Source: Perkinsus olseni (lineage: Eukaryota). From it: a stretch of DNA of 46,352 nt. A program made the translations under genes and the position numbers. The stretch is from positions 124,001 to 170,352 of the forward strand of contig JABANN010000009.1 in assembly GCA_013115125.1 (NCBI GenBank), in the 5' to 3' direction. Below are positions 24,201-37,250 of this stretch, piece after piece (position 1 is the first letter of the stretch; the number at the start of each line of letters is the position of its first letter). The notes below the pieces were generated by a model. It saw only the letters and a program-made list of their open reading frames with translations, was not told the DNA's origin and did not search any database.

Positions 24201-27200
24201 GGCATAACATAATCCGCCCTTGCGACATGTTGTTGGTGATGTCGATGATCACTAGAGCCCCCGTGACTGGGAGGTCAACGTCAGTGAGGTAGTCATTCCC
24301 TGAGGGAGAGCACCACTCCGTGGCCCCTTTCCCGACGATCTAGCGAAACGGAAAATTGATGATCCACGATGGACCAGTTCGGCGTGAATCCTCCTCAGTG
24401 AGCACCCTGTTCTCTTAATAGCACCGTCATTGCGCCACGAAATTCCAGGAAACCGAGCCACTTCCTACGCTTTTTGGTGCTCCTATAGAACTGGGCAACC
24501 ATCCCGGGAGTGACTGACGGGGCAGGTATCTACAATCAGAGGAATATCGAGGCTCCGAGTCCGCCGACAGAGCCGCGTGAAAACTTCTCCAGGAACGTCT
24601 TGTGTCTGCTATCGCATCGACCTCGAGATTCTGGTCTGTATCTTTGCATGGACATTTAGGAGCACGCATATTATGAGTTCTTGTTGACGCTTGGGAACGC
24701 CTCTCACGGAAGTACTGGAGGCATTCAGACCGCATATAGTTCCAAGTCCACCCTGGAATTATATTTCTTCGTTGATTCAGCAACGAATCAACAATAATCG
24801 TGCTGCATCTCGATCACGTTTTAGTGATCGGAAACGTGGAATTCATATGTCATTGTGCATTCTAGAGTCTAGAATCTAGACTAGAGTTTCTAGTTAGACC
24901 TTATCCCATGCTTACGTGGTGCAGCGGGAGGTCTTGCTGGTTCTCCGTTACAGCCTGGCCGATGGAATGCTGCAAGGACTCCACTACCTGCCACAACGCT
25001 TATCCCGCAAGCGAAGCTTCAAGCCGGTCGCCAAGCGAGAGACCGACCCTCTAATTGCAGTGGTTTCGAATAGACAATGACGAAAACAGCAACGCCAGCC
25101 AGATAAAAGTGTTTCAAAAAAGTTGCACCTCGCGCCCCGTCCACGACTGAACGGAGATCGTTTAGCATCAGATGCAGAACACCTTCCGCCGGCGACCCTT
25201 CACCTCAGTGATGTTGGTTCCATGCAGAGCCGAGATCGGTGCCGCTTTGCGAGCAGCGTCAGAGAAATCGCTGCTAACCATGCCGGCTTCATACAGCTTG
25301 GCACATTGGTAACTGATGACACCGAACCCGGCTCGCTTTTTCACAGCGTTCAAGCGCTGACGCCCTTTCATTCGCCAGCGCAACCTCGAGGAGATACTTG
25401 GTGTCTTAATCGTGGAGCAGAAAGGAATTACTCGGAGAGTGGAAGATCTCAGCCGTTACTCACGCCAATTCGTTCCTGACCAACTCCACGTTGGCGTACG
25501 GCAGATCAATCTTGTTCAGCGCCTGCAAAACAGTGGAACGCTGCATACGCTCGCCTGGCGTGAGAGTCCCTCTTACGAAGACAACCGGCACTCGAAAAGC
25601 GTCTGCCTGCAGGAGGACCTCCTCTGTCTGAATATCCGCGCCGTTTCTGAAAGCAGCCGTTGAGACGCGTGGAGCAGGAGACGAAGACAGACACTTACTC
25701 CACTGAGACAATCACTAGAGCGCAGTCAGCTACTTCAACCGCCCGGCCGCGTGATGTTTCGAATGCCGCGTGCCTGAAGTACATCGCAACACACTCATCA
25801 CTCGAACAGAAACATGAAGCTCGAAAGCAGAACCACAAAAGGAATTTTGGATTTCGACATCCTGGAAGAGGCCCACCATCAGGATTCGACGGCACTGTGA
25901 CAGGCCTCGTAAGTGGTCCTCGATGGAGTTCCCACCACGGGAACACATTGACCGGCTAGAGCGGGGTCCCGAATTAGAAGAATGATTCTCATCTTCACAC
26001 GCAACATGGATGCTCAGAAACGTGAACGGTTGACCGAATACGACAGTAATCCGTAGGGTCACCGGCGGTGACTCACCGCGTGAGAACTTCTCACTGAGAA
26101 ATCACTAGCAGGCAGTGTAACACTCTTCTCCTCATCCTCCGCACTGTCCAATCCTCCGCATGCTACATGGCATCAATGATCATCGTAGATTCAATCGAAG
26201 AACTCGAAAGCAAATTAAGTCTACGAGAATAAGTCTTGTGCCGCCAGTGAATTCATACATTGTGCTGGAAGCTGTCGGTTCAGTCCAGCTGCGAATTCCT
26301 CCGCTCCCAAACCGAGTCAATCCCATCTTGATCTTTGACTCGCTTTCAATATTTGCCTGCCTTATCGGGCAATTCCAAACAGGCAAAAGAATCTTTTGAA
26401 AAGGTGTATCCGACTATAAAACAACAAATAACCTCCCGATCACCGTAGCAAATCACTGTCCTCTTTTCCGGGATACAGCGTTCCTTCGATCCTCATGTAA
26501 GCATCATCCTTTTTGCATTTTACTGCGACCTCTATTCCACTCGCAATGTGCGTTCCGTAATACATAGGGGAATCACATCATTTCAGTGATTTTTCGGGAA
26601 GCCGCGGTAGGTGTGGGCAGAAGGGGACAAGTCAAATGTCAGTGCGCTTCCCTGTGGTCCACAACATGTCGGTAAATTGCTTAAAGTGAGCACATAGGGC
26701 CGCGCATAGATCTCTGTTGAACACAGTCTGTTCTTTGCTCAAAAGGTCCCGCAAACGCCCATACCACTCCTGAGGTCATTGCAGATCACGGTAAATAGAT
26801 GTTTCTATGGCTTCCCGGTTAACAGAACAACGCGTTGTTCATCCCGAAGCCAGCACACCCTGACCGGCAAGACGGGATCCGTACCAGCTGGAGTATGTAC
26901 TTCCCATGCCATACGCTCAGATTGGATTATGTGCGAGGTAGACCACAGAGGCACCTTCCTATGAGCTTGGAGGGAGCCAACGAACTCGGCCACGAGCAAA
27001 AACGGCTGGTCGACCATGAGTATCGAGAAGAAACAATAACATAGGTGAGGTTGGTCCACACGAGTCGTGTGACACGACAACAACGTATGATGTTTATTAT
27101 CTCACGCGTGAGACAGAACCTTCAGGCTACACGTAACGAACGACGTGAAAATCAACGTGGCGCGATTCAGGTCACAGCCTGAAATGTTTTACAACTCAGA

Positions 27201-28612
27201 CCTTCCTCTGCGACGAGGGCCTTCCTCCCACGGTGAGATCTACAAGCAGCTTGCAGACCCGGAGGGATTACCAGCTGCAGATGCGCGTATATTGAACTGA
27301 GCTCGGTAGACTCACCCAGGTGTATCAATGAAGGTCATTCTCTCAGTGTCAAATGACGCTTGTTCCACAGTTGTTCCATGCGACGCCTCTGGTAGGTCCA
27401 TCGTGAACGCTCGCACCTGTGAAGGAGGTCAACCGAACCGGAAGAGAAGAATCGACGCCTACCGACTGAGTGATGTGACCAGGCTCCGCTTCCACAACAT
27501 TGGTGCCGCGCAATGCATCCAGAAAGGTGGTCTTACCATGGTTGATATGACCGACTACTACAACCACCGGGACCTGAATAGGGTATGACAATTGATACTC
27601 ATGAGCGATTGCGGCAGAAGGCCACACTGTATATTATAACCCGGCTCCCCCGAAGACTATAGAATAGACATCGGAGAACGCGAAGGCTGGGAAGGAAGCA
27701 AATAGCTCATACTCTTCATTGCTGATGAATGCCTATGTCTTTTCTCATTTCACGATAAACCGAAGATGGAGATGAGCCTCGAGTTTCCCTCTCGTGGATA
27801 GCTCCGGCAAAGCTCTCACGACCTTCCATTTCTCCTCACCGATTTTGTGGCTAGCCCAGATTTGATCGGTGGGTTCTCCGAATCCCACTCGGGCTCCATA
27901 TCGATCATCCTCGGCTCCATCCCGAACCTAACGAGACCGATCTTGAACGAAAGGGCTGTGAGCCTCACTAAGGCGGACACCTACTTGTAGAGTGACCGGA
28001 CGATATTATCGAACGGGACAATGACCTTCCGTTTGCTTGTGGTCTCGAACTCTCGGCCTTCGTGATCATTCCAGTAGTATTTTTTCAGATACTGCCTGAG
28101 GTCAGCTACGCTCATGGAAGAATCTCGATTCATTCGACAGCCAAGTGTCGGCAATGCGTTTCGTTCACCTGGCTCCGCAAAGACTAAGCGCTGCTGAGTA
28201 ATCGATTGGCAGCATCAATCGCAGCTCCGAAGCGCCGAGAAAAGGCGGTACTAAAATAACCTGAGATTCATCATGTAACGGAACGACTCAGTGATACAGG
28301 CCAAGCATTCTTCGATAGTACGACATGCTCAGAGATCTGAATTTTCGTCCGCCAATATCAAAAATTTTAGCAATGATTCAGGCGAATTATGGTACAAAAA
28401 TCCATAAGAATTGGCAGCGTAGCAGTGTACACGGAATGGCGACCCTGTCTCACCTTATCTCGAGACTCCCTTCCTTTAACTATGGTGTCTCTCGCCGTTT
28501 TACGTGCGAGAAAGGAAGAACCCTTTTTATGGTACTGTCGCACGCATAATCGAAACGGACTCCTTGCTGCTGCATTTCCACATGCGATGAAGAGCTCTCG
28601 CCGGAGTATCAT
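21290..28612 (-). CDS. infB: Organellar (probably mitochondrial) translation initiation factor IF-2, many exons; 3' end uncertain
   Basis: [22 protein letters not shown] (about 27580-27460), TFIDTPG (about 27320), [25 protein letters not shown], domain II ([32 protein letters not shown]) and domain III ([22 protein letters not shown], about 21540-21340). The Arg-rich N-terminus [27 protein letters not shown] resembles a presequence. Confidence 0.8.
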
Positions 28613-28797
28613 ATGGCAAGTGAAATGACTAGCAACCTCACCCTCAACAGAACCTTAAACCACGGACCTATGCTCAGTACGATCGCCGGTAGTCACTCCG
28701 GGCAGAACTGAACAAAAGGCGAGTGGATAATAGCAGAAACTCGAGTATGGCCATGACGCGTTCTCCGCATCAATACTTGTTGTACCTATACAGCACA

Positions 28798-29195
28798 TCA
28801 AAATCGTATCGCGCAATTCCGAAGACCAAGCTTGTAGATAAACACTCCCCAGTCGCATTTTCGAGGGAATTCAGTCCCAGTGAAGGAACAGTAGAAGCAA
28901 GGGTGTGTGAATCTTGATTGTAAACTCATTCTTAAAGTACTAGACTGACAAGAAGCAACAGAGTGTACAGTCGATAGCAACCTACTTCTTCTTTTTCATT
29001 CGCATGAATTTCCATCGTCGGAATTTCTTGTTTGTCTCGACTGAAGAAGAAGCAATCCTTCGGACTCGTCTCCCGCAGCCACGTACAAGCGAAGATCGCA
29101 AGCGGCTGAGGGGCCGTTGTCGGCGCCCTGACTGCAATCGCAGTGTTGGAGACGATATTATGGAGCCGCGCTGCTCTGACCCCTAGGGACCACAT
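28798..29195 (-). CDS. Small basic Cys-containing protein with mitochondrial-type presequence (3 exons)
   Basis: Removing two in-phase GT-AG introns gives MWSLGVRAARLHNIVSNTAIAVRAPTTAPQPLAIFAFETNKKFRRWKFMRMKKKKFTHPCFYCSFTGTEFPRKCDWGVFIYKLGLRNCAIRF*. Confidence 0.65.
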
Positions 29196-29461
29196 AAAAG
29201 CAACGAAGGCTGAATGAGGCGAGCAAGATATGCCCAACTCGATCTCACGAGGAGATATCGCAAGAAACTGACTCGTTCAATTTCCAGCAAGAGAGAACAG
29301 AACGAGTGATGAAATAGTTTGACAAAAAAGAGAAGAGATGAAACTGGTTATTTCATAGCTCTCAGAGTTCTTAAATAAAATAGCTGAAATAAAGGGTTTA
29401 GGGCCTAAACCTTAGGCGGACCGAAGCCTTCAATAGCCACACTAGAGACAACAGAGGAAGA

Positions 29462-30116
29462 CTATCGACGGGAGAATGCAGCAATCACCGAAGCCCAAGA
29501 TAACCGTAATATCCTCCGAGTTAGTCGACCAACGTACCACAGGAGAATGATCGCAAATAGCAGCCCCTGAGAACAGAGAGAGAAAGTTCGCTCATAGGTG
29601 GGGAATCGCGGCGCACCCGCGGGACCATGACCATTTCAGCATGCCCATTCGGTTGGGCCCCAGCCGCTGGGGTGATGCCGCTGAACAAATATACAAGCGT
29701 AACTCAGTTTGTTGCCATGCTACAATCACTATTTTTCACTTGACCGTTTCCGCACATTTTTTCCCAATTTGCCACCCGTTCGCTCAGAGAACAGTAGAAA
29801 AGTGAGTGTGCAGTTCAACTAGAGGTTGGCCCAACCGACTTCTCCCAAGCTTTTCTTCCTCCAAAACAGCCGCGTCCATAAGATGAGAGTACAGGCGCAG
29901 CCGACGAGGGTCACAATGCCCCAAGGGGAAGACTGACAGTAATAAGTTCACCGCCGGGCTCGCATCGGAGCACGAGTGAGAAATCACACGCGGATGCTAC
30001 GAAGTCCGCGATCTGAACCGTACATGAGCATCGCCCTCCTCGCTCGCAGATGCCACTCTAGCTGCAGCGATCAAGGGCATTTGGAGGGGCATAGAAGAGC
30101 TGCCTGCATTTAGCAT
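29462..30116 (-). CDS. Possible small membrane protein (hypothetical)
   Basis: Exon-like hydrophobic segments after splice acceptors: SSPWGIVTLVGCACTLILWTRLFWRKK and GLLFAIILLWYVGRLTRRILR. Gene model not resolved. Confidence 0.3.
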
Positions 30117-30179
30117 CCCTATTAAGAACTACCATCAACGCCCAAACATCAACGAGAGAAACAAGTTTCGTATCCAATT

Positions 30180-33100
30180 TTACGGATCGGTATGAGAAAC
30201 AAGATCAAGAAGAAGTTGCCGACCGAGTATCTTCAGATTCTTCTCTGTGCGGAACATAAGCTCGCATACTTCATGTTCGCTCAGGTCAGTGTCATGCAGC
30301 TCCGCGAGGTCTTCAGGCATCACCTCGAAGTGAACTCCGGACAGAATGGCCTAAAAGAAAGCGCAATGCTCACAGGACAGAAGTTACTAATCGGCGATTC
30401 AGGAAAGAATCCACTGCGTCCCCAAAAACAACGCTATCCCGAATACTCAACGGCTGCTCTTGCCCCGCTCCCGGATGTTCCCCACGACAGGAGGAAAGCA
30501 CAACTCCCGGGAAAAGTCGTCTGAGCTGTGACGACTGCAAGTCTCTTAGATACTCACTTTTCCACTTCCAACTGGGCATCTCAATATAGCTGGCTCACCA
30601 CTGGACGCGTACCGGTAGAGCACTTCACTACGGCAGCCAACAGGAAACTGGGATTCCGGGAAACATGCTCCACCATTGAAGTATCTACAACGGCACTACT
30701 TGCCCTCTAAATACGGGCGGGAATTGACGGTAGTAGCGAACGCACCGGTAGCGGACGAAACAGATCGTCGCGATCGCATGTGGTGAGGACCGGGCCGAGT
30801 TGAAAGAAAGTCACCCGATAGCATTCAGCGAGAGCCAGCCCGTGACAAAAAATTTTTGTATAGGGTTTAGCACTTCGATGGGTCGGATCGCAACTCTTTA
30901 TGCACTTACGCGTATATAGGTCCGTGTGGCAGCGCTGCATCACCGCTCCCGCTGTCGGTCAACTCAGCTGCCCGGGCACCAGAGTTTGAGTTGTACCCAT
31001 ACGTCGCTAAGTGTGGGCCCACTGCCGGACCTGAGGGAGGCTTCGGTCGGTAGGGCGATGAAACCTAATTCGGACGAAAAGTCTCACCTGTGTGGAAGGC
31101 GAGCTCTCTAGGCCCGACAACTTCCAATGGACCACCTTCGTCGAACACACAACTGAAAGATATGGGCATAAACAATCATCATAACCGAGGCCTTGATTTC
31201 ATTCCGAGAAGGTGAAGGTCCCCCATTCGAGTGAAGTTCACTCTGAGCTGTGAGGTCCAATCAAGTCACGAAGGATTGGTTATGTGGAGCCTCCACAGTG
31301 GAGGCCTCCAATGAGGGAGCAATGACGAACGCGACACACTAGAAGGGGCTGTCGACACGACCTCACGAAGATCGTAGGACCATAGTAACGGGCATCTCAA
31401 CCCTGAGACCGCGCGCGAAGGGCCTTGAAGACGCAACTCATTAGATAACCTTCGTCAAGCCGAACTACACGATAGTGGAAAAGATTAGCCACCGCCATCA
31501 TGGCCTCAAAAGGATCGCCCTAGTCGCGGGAGATGCCATTCAAGGAACGATACCAGTCTCCACCAGTGCAGTACCACTGCGGAGGCGACTGCTACTGATC
31601 CGGTTGTGAAGTTTTCTGCTAGACATACTGCTCCGAGGACCGCTATAAGGTTCGGGCTCAAGGTTCCTGTCAGTTGAGCGACCGAAACGCTCACCCATCT
31701 CCGAGCCGGTTCTAGGTTGAGCCGGGTCTCAGCGATAACAGTCTTGAGTGCCTCTTCAATGGTCACTCAGGTCAACGCAGATATGCCCGCAGCCGTTGCG
31801 TCTGCAGACCGGCCACCGTCGCAAGGACCTTCCTCGTAGCACGTTCGGCACCAGCGTTCAACCAAGAAACCCGGTTGAGTTTTCGGGTTTGCTTGAGCAG
31901 GTTTCCGCTAGCCGGACACTACTGATTGCCATTCTTCTGCGTCTTCATTGCGAGATACCTGACTCTCCTGCACTTGACACGCCCGAAGTAAAGGTCGGCA
32001 TGCATTTTCTCGATATGCCCCATTGAAACGCACCCGGACCCGTCACCGGCCGGGTTCCTTCATAGCCGCAACCTAACATACTATGGTCAGAGTGTGACAA
32101 AGCTGTTGAATGATGAGTGAGAAGCGAGGACCTAATAGAGTGACTTAGTGAATCACCGCCAGTGATTCCTTCCTAGTGGTCACTCGATAAGCGAGTGAGA
32201 GCAGAGCATTGACACTGCTGTGGGCTGCGGCACAGCGAGTACTTGCTGCTCGATTGGTGCTTACGCTGGAAAACCGGGTTCTGTGACACGCGTATAATCA
32301 GTATGCCGAAACCTGTGCTGCAGGTCGGATAACAGACAGTTAACAGAGATGCCCGATCCGTACACATGCCATCAGAGTTTCTGCTAGAAGCTGCTCGCAA
32401 GATTATCCGCTAGCCACTGCAATTGTCATCCTCGTCACGAGGATGTCGTGTATCGTTTGCCGGACACACGCGGAGTGAACCCCACGACTAGCGATGCACA
32501 CGTTCTTGCATGCCATCTCCCGAATTAACTGTCTTACGCATTGGAGCCGAAGTAGGAGCCTGCGCATACTCCGAGAAAGGATCCGCCGCTTTCGACGAAG
32601 GCACGGATCATTCGGCAACCCTTTCCGTTTAGGTCTTCAACCCACCTGAAGAAGATGAAAGACAAGCAGAGGAAGCCAAAACAGCATCGAGGCAAGGAGA
32701 GGTGCGCCCTGCTGATACACCGGAGAAAGGAGAAACTGAAAGTCCAGGAAATTGCACATCGCGCAGACACCTAGACATTACACGGAAGCGACATCCAACC
32801 CCAGCAGCTTGAGTAACTTGACTGTATTCGCAGGGAAATACGCAATATGAGCACCCAGGTAACACGTGGCGCTCCAAAAAAGTTTTGCACTCTATTCAAA
32901 CCGAGCAATGAGCGGCACTTCGAGCAACGTTGCAGGTCGTGGAGCGTGCACTCTCCCCGACCTACGGTAAATCAGCTCCTCCTGGAATCACGAAGAGACG
33001 GCAGTCCCTCATCCATGCTCCGTCGAGGAGCTCTTCACGATTGATCCGAATCACCGCAAAACCTTGGGGGCCGAGGATATTCTTGAGCAACTTCTCTATG

Positions 33101-33257
33101 CCTGCCGCATAATCCCCGAATGCACCACTACAACTTGCTACTCCACGCACAAATATGTTTTCGGCGGCATATCACACAGGCATCAGGTCGCAATGTGACC
33201 GTCACATAACCCCCGACCCAGCAAGTCCGAGCGAATAGCACGCTTCCTCAAGAACAT
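30180..33257 (-). CDS. Biotin-protein-ligase N-terminal (BPL_N, GATase-like) domain protein, stand-alone
   Basis: W..DCRLFVIPGGADLP, IRAFVESGGSFLGVCAGSYFG and terminal AILSGVHFE..LLLDLVSHTDP* (stop 30180-30182). Start codon tentative. Confidence 0.75.
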
Positions 33258-33720
33258 GCGAAACTTTGCACCACCCTGCGAACGGAAGAAGGATGATTAA
33301 GACCCAACGAATTTGGCTAAGGAATCACTCGGCCCCAGTTCTCACGCCTGAGCTTGTCCGAGACAAGCTGAGGCGTGATAACTGACAAGTTGTCTCGAGC
33401 CCCATATTACGCTCTACACTCTCTTTCCCACTGCCTCTATCAGAGTATATGTATACTCTATCTTGCCCCTCGGGTGTGGAGTAGGCTACCATCCAGACGA
33501 AAATCCCCTCTCAGAAACACTCAGACCAAGCCCTTCCGCTAAAGCACTAACTTAGTGCCACTAATACCATACTTAACACAACACCGTAAGCAAATCAACA
33601 TCGTCCACATGACTTCTGTGTACACGCAATTTTACACACCATAGCGTAAATTAAAGTCATCGGAATGACCCGCCCTCTCTGCTACTCAACGCTGTTGACT
33701 GGTCCAGCTGCTGGAGTAGC

Positions 33721-35360
33721 TTATGAACCTGCACCAGATCGTAGTACAATGGACGCCAAGAGATCAATTCGTAGGCTTACCTCAGCGGCGATTCCTTCGA
33801 ACTTCCAAGTTGAAAGGTCCACCAGTTCCTGGAGTTCCGTACTACCGACTTCGCCGTCACGGTTGCTTATGAGGAGGCGGCCTATGATACGAAGGCACTT
33901 TGATTCTTGGCATACCAACTACCGGGCATAAGATTCTTATGATAAGAATGAAAAATTTTCATTGAAAAATAACGACACCTGTGAGATTCGAACCCACGCG
34001 GGCAGAGCCCAACGGCTTAGCAGGCCGCCGCCTTAACCACTCGGCCAAAGTGTCACATGCACCACCGCCGAGTAATTTTGGCTCTACCAGGAATATAAGC
34101 GGACTACATTGACCCGTAGTAAGTTACTACTCAGCTCCTTCAATGCATCCGTCGCAGTCTTGGCACTAGGATCTTCCGAATCATAAACAGAGACACACAA
34201 CTGGCACGTGACATCACTCTGTAGTCCCGACGGGAAAACATCAATTCTGCACGAGAGAGCAGTTTTCGCTCGCGAACGACAAGAGCAACAACTGTACCTC
34301 CGTATGCTGATGCCCATGAGCCTTTGAAGCGCCGCTCTGACTGCCTCGCAAGCCACGTCCGATCCTGCCTGCGCATCAGTGTCGGCTTCTTCGAAAGATG
34401 TCACTGTTGCTCTCCACCAGTCACCATGGCGAACTATCGTATCTACCGATGGGTGCAATGCATCACCAGTAGCCGTATACCACAAGGGCAGGTTCTCGGA
34501 AACAGAAATCAGAGCGCACTGGAATCCGCAGACACGGTCAAGAAGTACCGAATTACTTCCACTATGAGGGGCAAATACTGCACCCCCTCCACCCGACAGG
34601 GTTGAGCCCGGCGGGGCGAGCACTCTACGCTCTCTGAAGTACGGTGCGCTATCCGGTGGCGGGGGTACTGTGCATCCTCTCGCCCGCCGAGTTCCCACTG
34701 TGTAGTAAATGTTCCTATAAAGAAAAGTGGAAAGCCACATGGGACAGACGGTCCACTCCCATGTATTACCGAAACAGCTCTTCAATGACTTGGTCGGTGG
34801 GCCGGCACGGATGAAGATAATCCAGCAACAGCCGACCGACAGCATCGGCGCTAGGATGGCTGCCATTCTGAGCAAGCTCGTCCGCGCCCCGAGCACGCCG
34901 AGGGTGTCCTTCACCCGCTGGCGGCGACGCTGCATTATACCACGACGCACAAACCCCTGAGCTCACACTCTCGAGAAACGACGATCCCAAGAGCATACTA
35001 CCAGCCAGGCTTTGTGCCAATGCGAAAATTTGTTGCCTTAAAACGCGGCACTCCTCACTTCTGTCGGCCGATGAGTGGCGAACCGACAATGGACTCAACC
35101 TGCAAAACATCCCAGGACCCGAAAGAGGTTATGAGAAAGTTCTACTTCCGTTGAGGTGATCGGTATTGGTTAGGCTCAACCGCTAACGTCCGAGACGGCG
35201 GCACCCCATACTGCTGCCTGCTGTGTTGGGGTCGGACCTCCGGGTAGGAAGACTCAGGCTGGGCCCACCGAGGGCTGCTAGTCTGGTATGAGCTGAGGAA
35301 GGAACGACCCCTGGCTGCAAACACCGAAGCGAACCGCTTCTTGGAGCGATCATTAGGTAG
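33721..35360 (-). CDS. Hypothetical multi-exon protein hosting the tRNA in its last intron; start not determined
   Basis: Long ORF 34084-34950 plus exon-like ORFs 35142-35324, 34766-35110 and 33721-33918. A phase-0 join RVN|LVCQESKCLR is plausible. Confidence 0.5.
33973..34054 (-). tRNA. tRNA-Ser (GCT)
   Basis: GACACTTTGGCCGAGTGGTTAAGGCGGCGGCCT-GCT-AAGCCGTTGGGCTCTGCCCGCGTGGGTTCGAATCTCACAGGTGTCG, 82 nt with a long variable arm, A and B boxes, and a T5 terminator just downstream. Confidence 0.96.
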
Positions 35361-35519
35361 GATCGTGGCGAGAAAGAGGAAGCGTGGTGTTAATTCACGA
35401 AAATTGTGCGAAAACCTCCCCCAGGCGAGTTAGCGGATCATGCAGCATTGCACTCTACTCAGAATCACGGAATATTGCAGCCCACACGGCAATGGAGGCC
35501 CGACTGTTATGAGCACGAA

Positions 35520-37250
35520 CCTCATTGCACCGCCTGATGCACTCCAGAAGATGCACGCAACAGCGGAAATCCCGATGCTATGTGAGGAGGGTTTCGCTGA
35601 CCCGACGGGGAAGTAGTTTCCTCCCAGCCCTGATCACTACTATGGCCGTCCTCTTGGCCCCTCTCCAGTGGGCTCGATTGGTGGCCTGGGCTGCGGTGGT
35701 AGAACCTCCATGTATCGGTCCCGAGGGTCACTACCATTGCTGGGAGACCACCAACGGTCGACCTAAAGATACGTAAGAAAGGGGAGCGTGTAAGAAACGG
35801 CCGCTGAATACCTTGACTTCGTGTCCGTACGGCGGGGGCGTCCTGCCTCCCCGTGGCACTTCAACGGTGGGAGGAGGTGGATAGCAAGAGTTTCGATCGA
35901 GGACACCGTCTCGAGGGCACTGAGGGGTGAGCTATTTTGTATCTTACATGCTTGACCTCATACCTGTGGTCCGTGGAGATGCTTCACGCAATTGCACCGA
36001 GTGCACCTCGGCACTGGCTGGGCGCTTGCGATGCTGCTCCGTACGTTGGGCGAGGACACTACGTGAGGGCCAGACTCCATTTCAAGTTAAAATGCTCAAC
36101 TGCGAAAGATCCCCGGATCGATTCCCGGTCACGACGTTTTCTCGGATCGCCCTTCGAACGATCAATGAGCCGCTCATCGCTTCAATTTCTTTGAATTCGC
36201 CGAATCGTAACAGAGATGAGCCGCATCCGTAGGAATCCGGGCGGACCAGGCAACTGCTTGGTTCAAAGTACATGGCCAGTACACCCAAGGCACAGTCCCA
36301 AAGAGAAAACCCAGAGCAGCAGAACACACACACCCCTGGATTGTGATTGAAGCCGGGGAAGGGAACTCGAAACCCGCTTCGGAACCTGAGAGGGCAAGCG
36401 AACTGAGATGTAGACTGAGGCATCCAGATCCCCGCCTTACGACAGACAGCTTGCATTGGAATGGGTTTTGAGAGGGTGCGCGCTGGAGATGGCGCACGCC
36501 CCAAAATAATGCACGCAAGCGCTTGCTGCTGCGCGCCTTGGGTATCTTGGGGTCGACCGTGCAAGATACAGAATAGGGCAAGGTGGAGACCACGACGCAC
36601 GGCCGCAGTTACATCTCGCCGCATAATCTCAATTTTCCATGTTTGTATCCCTTCTGGATACCTTGAGCCCGATTAAATATATCGTCTCTCAGCCGTCCAT
36701 CTCCAAGTAAGAATCTCCCTTTCTCTTCCCAGTCTGATTCTTCTCTCTCTTAGGCGCTCGTTACCCTCAACGCCGACGCTGCATCCATCGCCCTCGCCGC
36801 CGGAGCCAGCTGCCTTCTCCCTTCCCCCTAATCATGTCCAGGACACCGCCTTCCTCATCCTGCCGCAGTCCGAGTGAGTGAACTCGTGCTCATCAACCCT
36901 GATTACGAGTATGTCGATGCTAATAATTCGCTCGGTGCCTTGGGTCGGAAATTTTCTCAGCCTTCCTTTCCGTGGGTGTCCCAATCTCAGTCCTCAATAC
37001 CTCCCTTCCTGTCTCAGGATGCTTGGTGACCATGTGAGGCACTACAGCGGCGCCTCGTCAGCCACTTGGGTGAGCAAGTCGTGACTTTCGGAAACCGAAT
37101 TTCTCGTGTTTGCCAGATGCCTCGGCAAGACGAGCTGGGCGGTGTGTCTACGACATTTTCAAAGTGAGCGTTCTCCCATCTTCCGGTGTTCGGGACTTTT
37201 GTCGCCTCCTCAGTGACTCTGAAGCTGGAAACTTTGTTTGTAGCGGACAT
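35520..37250 (-). CDS. Probable hypothetical Pro-rich multi-exon gene(s), unresolved
   Basis: Exon-like pieces bounded by ag/gt, for example CPRDGVLDRNSCYPPPPTVEVPRGGRTPPPYGHEVK|VDRWWSPSNG. Possible ATG at 37250. Confidence 0.3.

Noticed and set aside
27530-27560. IF2 P-loop GHINHGKT instead of GHVDHGKT
   Set aside because: I recall the same variant in apicomplexan organellar IF2s, so it is probably not novel.
29394-29411. Head-to-head telomere-like GGGTTTAGGG/CCTAAACC
   Set aside because: Only about one unit each way and fully explained as an instance of the 21-nt scar.
34116-34130. 7+1+7 palindrome GTAGTAA.G.TTACTAC in a probable exon
   Set aside because: Lacks the 5-nt return; palindromes of this size are expected by chance a few times per window.
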